Shown here piece after piece: positions 55,301-64,000 of a DNA stretch of 64,000 bases. The position numbers and the translations under genes are program-made. Where the stretch lies: assembly GCA_023213395.1 (NCBI GenBank), contig CM041465.1:180427741-180491740 (forward strand). The letters are read 5' to 3'. This DNA is from Cycas panzhihuaensis. Lineage: Eukaryota > Plantae > Cycadophyta. How positions within the stretch are numbered: position 1 is the stretch's first letter; each line of letters starts with the position of its first letter. The notes under the pieces are model-generated. The model saw only the letters and a program-made list of their open reading frames with translations. It did not search any database and was not told the DNA's origin.

Positions 55301-57491
55301 GCAGACTTAAAAAGTCCTTGTAAAGCCTTAAACAAGCCCCTCATGTTGGTTCACTAAGTTGTTAAAAAGAATGAGGCAACTTGAATATGAGGTTTGTGAC
55401 TTATTAGGATATTGATGTTGTGAATTGCCATTGTACCAAAAGCCCATGGGTGATTCGGGAAGATGACTCCTTAGAAAGTAAACCAACTATAGTCCAACAC
55501 TCCCTCATGATGAGGAGGCCATCATAGTACATCTTTACTAACCAATTCTATACCATGTGGGGAGAATGAGTCCTATTAGGGGATAGGGCACCATCTAGTA
55601 TATGCGTGGGATTTGAAACTTAAACGTAGGCTCTGAAACTACTTGTGACTTACTATTATACAAAAAGCCTGTATGTGATTTAGGAAGAGGACTCCTTGAT
55701 AAGTGAACTATCCATAGTCTAAAATATGCAACATTGTTTATTAAACGTTGAAAAGATAAAGTCACTTATCTCTTAATCTTTATGGATAATATGTTTATAA
55801 CAAGGAATAATGAATAAGTAATCAAACAACTAAAGAAGGACTTAGTTAAAACATTTAAATTATTTGACCTTGGATTGATAAAATACTACTTGGGATTGAA
55901 ATCACTTAGAAAGAGGGTAAAATCTTTCTTTCTTAAGAAAAGTACATCAATAATGTTATAATAAAGTTTTAGTTAGAAGATGCTTAACTTGTAGCCACTC
56001 TAATAGAACCTAATGCTAAACTAATAGTTAATGGCAATAATTGAGAGGTAAACATAATACTTTATAGGTAACTTATAAGTAGTCTCATCTATACTACTAA
56101 TACAAGACCTAATATTGCACACTCTATTAGAATTCTTGCTCGTTACATGATAAATCCTAAGCAGAATCACTAGCAAGTAGTACTGCAAGTATTGAGGTAC
56201 CTTAAGACGATTAGCAAATATGGTCTACTATATAAACCTAATTTAGATTCAAATTATATGTATACACAGACTTAAGCTTTACCAGAGATAAAAACACAGG
56301 GAGATCCATGTCTACGTATGCAACATTTCTTAGAACAACACTAATGTCATGGGGATTTAGATGGTAAAAGATAGTTATAGACTCAACTATTGAAGCTAAG
56401 TATATTACTACTTCTAAGATTAACAAAGATGTGATATGGCTAAGAAAATTATTGACTATATTAAATATCATCCAGACAAGTCCTACTTACCTTTGTGTGG
56501 ATAATCAATTTATGATCCATATGATTAAGAATCCTATATTTCACGATAAGACCAAATATATTATAACTAAAGTCTACAAGATTTGAGAACTAGTTCAATA
56601 CAACATGATTCAATTGGAATACTGCCCCATAGTAGATTAAGTGGCTAATATATTTACCAAACCAATGCAAATGGTGAAGTTTAAATAGTTTAAAAAGTAG
56701 CATAGCCTACGGGCCTCCATCTCTAACTGATTGGAGGAGATGATGGCATGATCAACATACTTTGTCCCATTCATAAAAATCCCATGTGGGTGCAGAAGGA
56801 TAAGAGTAAGTCTCTGTTGTATCCTATTTGTGAAAGCCCCTTATCAGCATGGAAGGATAAGGATTGTACTAGTCATAGAAAATCAGAACCTGTGAAAACC
56901 TGGAAGGGCATGGGGGATGACTAAATAGTATATAGAGACTCAACAGATCAAGTTATACATTTAAATTGCTTGGTTATGAGGCTACATCAAGAGCCACCTT
57001 AGTAATTTTGATTTATAAAAGGGGTTATATATCTTAGAAAGTCCATGGGTTTTTATTCCCCATGAGGGTTTTCCCATAAAAGTGTCATTTAGAATTTCAA
57101 TATAATAATGAGGGTCAAATGAAGACATCATAGAATAGATTTTACCATAATAACCTTACTATTAAGGAGGGGATTGATGGATGTTAATGCATCAAGTTCA
57201 TTAGATTAATTGGATAAATTATATGAAGGTGACTTTAAGTTAGCTAAGTCACATAGTTAATTTTAATTTCATTTATTTTTTAGTGTAATTTTAGGATCAT
57301 GTCATTAGGCAGGAAACTCATATAAAAACCTTAATGCACATCCTTTGATATATAAGACTGAATGTGAAGGGTAGAGTAAAAAAAATTCTCACCTCTCATT
57401 TTTGCTCTCAATCTTATTCTCTCTATTTTTCTCTTCTTGTGTACCATTGCTTTAGTGTAGTGGATTTTGACACTAGATCCTTCACCTAATA
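49377..57491 (+). mobile_element. Full-length decayed Ty1/copia element 2 (same family as copia 1) inserted in the protease of F
   Basis: LTRs 49377-49696 and 57175-57491. PBS tagtattggagc 49699-49710. PPT aaggagggga 57164-57173. TSD ttatc/gtatc. Gag-pol remnant 51888-56730 is collinear with 9602-14112. Confidence 0.93.
55419..55724 (-). mobile_element. TRIM (terminal-repeat retrotransposon in miniature), 306 bp, inserted in copia 2 RT
   Basis: 81-bp direct repeats 55419-55499 and 55644-55724. PBS-like gctctgaaacta 55630-55641. PPT-like rc gagggag at 55500-55506. Absent from the homologous site of copia 1 (gatgtaacattg). Flanks gatgt/tatgc. Confidence 0.85.
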
Positions 57492-60362
57492 GTATCAAAT
57501 TTAATTCTTTTACTAACCTTGGTGAAATAAAATTATGGCTACTTTCAAAGCCTATTAATATAACAAATGACTATTCCATTATTTTTTCTTTAACTTCTAT
57601 AAGAGATAATTATTTATGTATATTACTTGATTCAATGGTGACATGGACACACATATTAGGTTAAGATTATATTAGATATTTTATTATCAAGGTTCTTTTT
57701 GTTGACATGTTCTTTTGAAATTGGGGGCAATTTCTTTAAAAATGTTCTTATCTACATTTCTAACATTGAATATTCCTAGGTTGATTCCCTTAATTTGAGT
57801 TTCACTTTAGATTGTTCATTTGCCCTGAAGTATTCCTGAATAAACTTTGATAAGTATAACTTTTATTTTTACTACTATTATTATAATTATCTAGTTTTCT
57901 TTCCAGTCATGCTTTCCTTTGATATTAGAAAGTACCACTCTATGGGTGCCTTCTCACTCAGGAAACCATTCATTCTTTTTTCTTTCATTCAATATTTGAT
58001 CTTCATATCTTTTGGCAAGTCTAAAAGCTTCATTTATGGAAGTTGGTTTTCTTCCCCATATATTGGCATGATAGTATGGATTTAGTCCATTTACAAACCT
58101 CATAAGCCTATCCTTTTCTTGAGCATAAGGTATAAATCTATTTAAAGTTTCGAATTGCTCTTTGTATTCTCTCATACTAAGATTTCTTTGCTTTAGGTAA
58201 TATAATTCATTTAATTTATTTTAAAGGAAGTTTTTTAAAATAAATTTATCACATAATTTTTTCTAAGAAATTAACTCAATTTTAGTCTTATAGTTATAGA
58301 GCATATCACACCACTAGGTGAGTGTAATCCTCTTTAATTAGTATGTGGTAATTATGGTTTTACTATTACCACTCAATCATTTTAATTCAAAATACATTTC
58401 CATGTGTTCTAACCATTCTTTTTACCTCTTCTCTAGTATCTCTCTTCCTGTCATATTCTAAGAGTTTTAATTTCTTACTATAATGATCAATATCTTTTTG
58501 TTATTTTTTCCTTCGTATATGGCAAGAGTCGTTGTCTAACTTAGTATCCAATTCATTAGAACTTAAAGAGTTTCTAATACCAAACATCATTTTTTTACTA
58601 CTCAAACTTTGATTAGATTCATCCTTTCTTCTTTTTCCCTTATTTCCACTTTTATTCTTGTAGTTATGTTTTTTCTTACCAATCTTACATTTCTTATTAG
58701 TTTCTACTAAAGGTTCATCCTTGTTTCCTTCACTTTCTAAAGTGGATCCTTCTATATCTACCATCATAGAACCTAGCATAATTGCTTTAGTTCTTTTCTT
58801 CTTTTCTACTCTGTGTTTTAATTTGGTTAATTGATCATCATTCTTCTTTCTAAGCTTCTTTGAAAAGCTTGGTTCCTTTCCATCATCTTTGCTAGCTCAA
58901 AATCATTATCGATATCCATGGATTCTTATTATAATTTTGAGGTTTATCCTATGTTTTTCCAAACTATGATGTTTGTTCATAGATGGATGATATACAATTT
59001 TTACTAAAATTTTAAAATTGACTATAAGGAGCCTCCTCTAAAAGATGGTTCCTTTGAGAAGGGGAGAGGTTGTTATCCTAAAGGTATTGGGGTTCCCATC
59101 TTAGCAGAGTTGTATATGCCAATTTGTCTCCCCCATATAGTTATTCAAAAGAACACTTTAAAAAATAATTTTAAAAAATGGATACTATTATTTTTCTAAT
59201 TTAGTAATAAAAAAAATATATTAAATGGTTGCCTTAAGAAAGTTTTAGAAAGGTAACATACTTAATTATGAATGACCTCATAAGGATTAATGTCTCCTTA
59301 TAGTCCTTAATGGTTGTTGCCCTTCTTTTATTTTTTAAAGTTACTTGGCTTGTTCCTCTGGCAAAGGTAGGAAAGTGCATATGGCAATAAGTAATATTCT
59401 TATAGGATCTAAGGTAAGACTAAATAAATAATACTCTATTAAGTAGATACCTTATAATTTAATGTTGTACATATTAATTAAAGAGTAGTTTCACTATTTA
59501 GGTGGTCTTCATAAGATAAAGTGGTGTGTATATGTATGTGTGTGTATTAAGGGATTTATTAATTATAGTCTTCTTTATATTTTGTTATTATTATCATGGG
59601 TTGTCATTATACCAACTTAGATTTTAACACCCTTATGTGCCTATTATTAAGAGTTAGGGGGTAACTTATGCATACTAATATGGACCTATGTTAACACCCC
59701 TTTCGTAGTTAATGAGCTAGCCTATCATATACCATTTTTTTGTCACTTAAAACATGCCCTTACATTTTATTATTCATCATAATTCCTCAATATACCTTTA
59801 TAGGTTTGTTGCACATAATAATATATGGGTCTATTATCTATTTGGATTACTAATGGGGTTACTAATTTATCTACTTTATAACTTTATTTAATATTTTATT
59901 ACTAATTGTGATATTTGGTGAGGTGTCTAGTCTTATAAAATCTCAATCACTTTTATAGGTGGATAACTTGTATATGTTAATATAACCAGAAACAATATAT
60001 TATCTTCATCACATCTAGTGGACTCCTTTTAAACCTATATGTCTTAAGAATATAATCATATATACATTAATATATATTTACAGAAATTCAATAAACTAAC
60101 ATATCAGTAGTTTATTGTATTCAACATTTGTATATATCTTCATATCATCTATATGTAAATCTTATCATCTTCATCTAGCCCTAGAATCTTGGTCATATGT
60201 CATTGGTATAACTGGCATAATAAGACTTTTAGCTCATTAATTCAAACCTCATCCTAGCTCTTGTATTAGTTTATATATTGACTTTATAACTGGCTTAACT
60301 ATTCATCAAGCTCTATCAAGTATAGGCTTACAACCTACTTTCACAAGATATTTCATAACATG

Positions 60363-60849
60363 ACTTTGGTACCATGTTAGAATTTAGAATTTAACTTTGA
60401 TACCATATTAAAATAAACTCATTATATGCAAAAAACATATACTAATCATGTACATAAATCATATATGTAATATGGATGTATTAAACAATAACATGAATCA
60501 TAAAGTATAAACATCACAAAGTATCACCACAAGTGAGACAACAAATTGATATATAGAAAACCTAGTGTGGAAAAAACCATAGGAAAAGGTTGGACTTAGG
60601 AGCTACTCTTAATAATATTGAATGAATTATATTTCCAAATGAGTCCTTCCTCTCTTGATCCTTTATCAAGTTCTCAAGTGGTGTGTGTACCCTATTTAAA
60701 TGAACAATCTCCTCATGAATAACCTAAAATATCTCTTGATGTATTTTTATTATTTAATAGGATGTATACATAAATAATCATACATATCACATGTTTTAAT
60801 ACTTTTGCTATATGGAATTTTATGTAGGTCCACTATATTATGTTAAACA
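60363..60849 (-). mobile_element. Probable LTR remnant (from 60406) with two adjacent decayed PBS copies
   Basis: actttggtacca-tgttagaat (60363) and actttgatacca-tattaaaat (60394). LTR-typical gaaaacct..ggaaaaaacc motif at ~60556. The right boundary is uncertain. Confidence 0.45.
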
Positions 60850-60904
60850 TTATATATATGATAATATCATATATTCCAATAATATAATCATAATGTATTT
60901 GCCT

Positions 60905-61534
60905 TGTTAGATAATATGACAACAATGTTTTGGAGGATAAAATTTTGATAGGTTAGTAACGTGGTTTAACCCCCCAAACTTCCTCAGGGGGTTCTAAGGG
61001 GGGCGGGAGTTAGAACACCACCCAAAAAGAGGGGGTTCAGAGGTGATAGCCCCTAACCCAAAAAGCTAGCACTGAAAAGCATACTAAATTGTAAGGAGAA
61101 TTAGGGTCATTCACTCAAAATACCCTAGATTCTATGGTCAAGATTTATGCCTTGTATGAATCTCTTATATAGCCTAATTTAGGGTGTTTTTTCATTATGT
61201 TGATGGTGTTCTATGTACTGGATGTACTGTTAAGAGTTAGGCAACTCGTTGTTGTTGCTGTGAGCATTTTGCTACAGATTGTGTATATTTCTCCATTCTT
61301 TGATGATAAAGATTGATACCTTTCCTGTGTGGATGTTTCCTTAACATACTACTAGGGTTTTACCACGTTATATCAAGTGTATATGTGATGCTTGGCTTTC
61401 TTATTCATTTTATTATATTATCTACGATTTAAGAACTTGCATGTTAAATTTCAGTTTTGATCCTTGTAACTAGTTGCAAAATAGTTTAGATCTTGGTGGT
61501 GGTTTTAGGTTATTGGGACCTTGTCTTCTCAACA
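60905..61534 (+). mobile_element. Solo LTR (630 bp), same family as the LTR at 48-694
   Basis: tgttag..ctcaaca termini. TSD tgcct/tgtct. No PBS or PPT beside it. Confidence 0.88.
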
Positions 61535-61539
61535 TGTCT

Positions 61540-63343
61540 AGAGAGTACTATATCATCTAGATAGACTATAATCAAAGAATCTATGAATGGACATGATACA
61601 TTATTTATAACTTATATAAATGTAGTAGAAGCATTACATAAACTAGAAGATAATACTAACCATTTTTATAATCCTTGTTTTATCTTGAATGCATTCTAGA
61701 TGTCTTCTTCCTTCATTTTAATTTGGTTGTAGCCTAAATACAAATCCAATTTAGTGAAGTGCTTTACATTTTTTAGTTAGTCCATCAAATGATCTATCCT
61801 AGGTAACGGATATTAGTTCTTAATGGCAATCTTATTTAATGCTTAATAATCAATGCATATATACCATGTTCCATCCTTCTTTGGAACAATCACCATGGGT
61901 GAACTACATGGAGATGTGATAGAGATTCCTTTCTCTAATAAGTCATGGGGTTGTTTCTTTACTTTATTACTTTCTAATATATATTGTCTATACAATCTAA
62001 TATTAAGTAATTGTGCATTAGGATATAATTGTATTTCATACTCTACTCCTCCTTTTAGAGGTAAACCCTTAGGTTATTTGAATACTTCCTTAAATAATTG
62101 GATTAATATTTAATTTCTTCTTTTTGTTGAAAATCCTTATTAGTTATATTTATATTATTATGAATTATAGCACAAATAAATTTCTCATCTACATCAAAAC
62201 TATCTTCTATTTCCTTACCTTCTATAGAGATTATGATATTCTTCTTTAACTTGTCCTTTTTATTCTTTAGATGCAATTTTGGATGTAGCTTCTAACATTT
62301 CTCCTTAATGCATCTTTTAATAACATAATGGTCATAATGATTTTTAGATCTTTACATTTATGTAAAGTGGCTACAACTTTATTACCCTCACCTTTGCCTT
62401 TACTTTTTATGGTATCTTGCTAATTTTATTTGAAGGGTTAACTTGCTATTATTTTCTCTGATCCTCCTCAATATATTGAGCTTGTACATTGACTTGATCA
62501 ATATTTGTTAGAGTAAAAAGTGACAATTACCTTTGAATGTGACTATGAAACCATCCAAAGTATTTCATCAATGCTTACAGATCTTTAAGAGAAATTCCTA
62601 ATGTTATGGTTTGTTTACAAAATTTAGTTGTATACTCCTATACACTTTTCCATTTTCCTTACATATAAAATTACCATTTTATAATTTGATTTATTTCATG
62701 GATAATGGGATAAAATTAGTTCTAGAGTAGATTCTTAAAGTCATCCCATTCAAATATTAGTGCTTCCTTACTTGATTTCAATGAGTCTACATGACTATCC
62801 CACCATACAAGTGCATGTCCACCTATTTTAAGTCTAGCAAAAAAGGTTTTCTACTCATCATTACTTACTTCTTAAATTTCAAAGTATAATTCAAGTTGTG
62901 TTAACTAATGGTTTAATTTTTTAGCATTAGCATCCCCCTCAAATGGTGTAATTTCTACTTTAGCTTCTACTTTAAATGGTGGTTGAATATTTATACTACT
63001 TGAACTCCCCTCATTTTCAATATGAATCTTTATCTCTTTCTCAACACTAGACTTATTATTCATAATAGCTAATAATCTATAAACTTCATTGCTTATACCA
63101 ACCATAAAATTTTTAAGTATGGCAAATATTACCTCTAGGTCTATTGAATATTTATTTATTAAATCTTGAATTTAGCCTTTCAACTCTTTTCTCTACTTCC
63201 TAGTACCAATTTCAAGTTGCTCTAGCTCTAACTCACCTTCATCTTTCTTTTTTCCTACCTTTTATAAGTGACATAAACTTGAAACAAAATAATGCTACAC
63301 TAAGAAAATGAAACTTTTGTATTCTTGATCAACTCTAATACTA
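61540..63343 (-). pseudogene. Ty3/gypsy (CRM-like) gag and RT N-half remnant with PBS at 63332-63343
   Basis: PPFKVEAKVEITPFEGDANAKKLNH gag; IVPKKDGTWYMCIDY, LNKIAIKN*YPLPRIDHL and IVYLDD RT motifs; PBS actctaatacta. Confidence 0.82.
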
Positions 63344-64000
63344 ATTTAATTTAAAATTCTATAAGTTATGCCATTTAGAATTCATCATATAGAACTACTA
63401 AATCTTTACTTTCTAACTTAAGTATTCACTATTCAATTTTGTTGACCTAATGTTCCAAAATTTAGTCCAAAAATGTAAAACTATGATTTTTCTTAGATAA
63501 TAAGCAAGAAATAGAAGTGAACAAGATGTTAGATCTTTACAACTCATCAATGACACCCCATAAGATAACATATGCCCTAAAGAAACCCAATAAGGGAAAA
63601 AACTCTAGCCTTTAAAAGATATTTAGTTCTTATTCAATCACCTACATATACACGTACATAAATAAGAAAGAAATACTTAACTAAGGAGTGTATTAGTACT
63701 ATGGTTACATTTAAAGCCCTTCTTTTTCCTTTACTTATATTGTACAATGCTCCTCCTCTCAACTACTCCAAGGCCTATAAATAACCCCATTTCCAAAATG
63801 ACAAAGTGGGCCTATTTTTAGATCCTTCCAAGAATCTTTCTTAAAATAGATCTACTATTACTTTGTTATTTTAGAGGCCAAAACTATCAAATTTTAAGCT
63901 TATTTTTTGAGATAGTATAAAGTATCAATTATATAATAATATCATGAAATAATAGGCTTATTTGGGAACCATATATGAGAGTTATACCACAAAAAATATT

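Larger units (their letters stand above)
45555..58900 (-). mobile_element. Decayed Ty3/gypsy element F (probable 3' LTR ~45555-46222; INT-RH-RT-PROT 46223-49376; PROT-gag 57492-~58900)
   Basis: GHDIILVVVDRLTKMAHFMPT integrase; PKGKNKVENALS; IFLDDIL RT; VILIGFESSHNFISP protease; C*KC..EHF.RNCP knuckle; REYKEQFETL..RFVNGLNP gag. Outer boundaries are approximate and the 5' LTR was not identified. Confidence 0.8.

Noticed and set aside
55590-55630. tRNA gene
   Set aside because: Only a B-box-like fragment inside a TRIM; no cloverleaf.
58501-58779. Lys-rich ORF as a host protein
   Set aside because: It lies immediately upstream of and on the same strand as F's gag remnant; most likely a decayed gag N-terminus.
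59380-59730. LTR resembling element A's LTR family or the 5' LTR of F
   Set aside because: Only patchy similarity (ggggtaac.tat..gacc..accc.tttc.ta.ttaa). No clear termini, TSD or match to 45555-46222.

Overview
AT-rich plant (most likely gymnosperm-type) intergenic DNA made almost entirely of decayed, nested retrotransposons. I found no host gene, RNA gene or CRISPR array. Junctions, PBS/PPT motifs and target-site duplications (TSDs) give this nesting. A CRM-like Ty3/gypsy host (B: pieces at ~3030-3990 and 42601-43376) is split by a chromovirus-type gypsy (A: 3991-42600, TSD ATCTT). A is split by a large Tat-like element with ~3 kb LTRs (C: 5231-29149). C carries a full Ty1/copia in its 5' LTR (7337-14655) and a non-autonomous copia derivative (D: 18078-23360), which itself carries a second one (E: 18463-20727). 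The main surprise is a giant fold-back palindrome inside A. It spans 29396-41252, has ~4 kb arms about 95% identical and a 7-nt loop centred at 37258, and duplicates a copia-RT/LTR plus gypsy-pol composite. A younger RNase H-bearing L1 LINE (30673-34489) later inserted into the left arm. The right third holds a 2.1 kb compound microsatellite, a gypsy (F) split by a second copia of the same family (49377-57491) that contains a 306-bp TRIM, a solo LTR (60905-61534) matching the LTR at 48-694, and a further gypsy gag/RT fragment. All identity values are hand counts.
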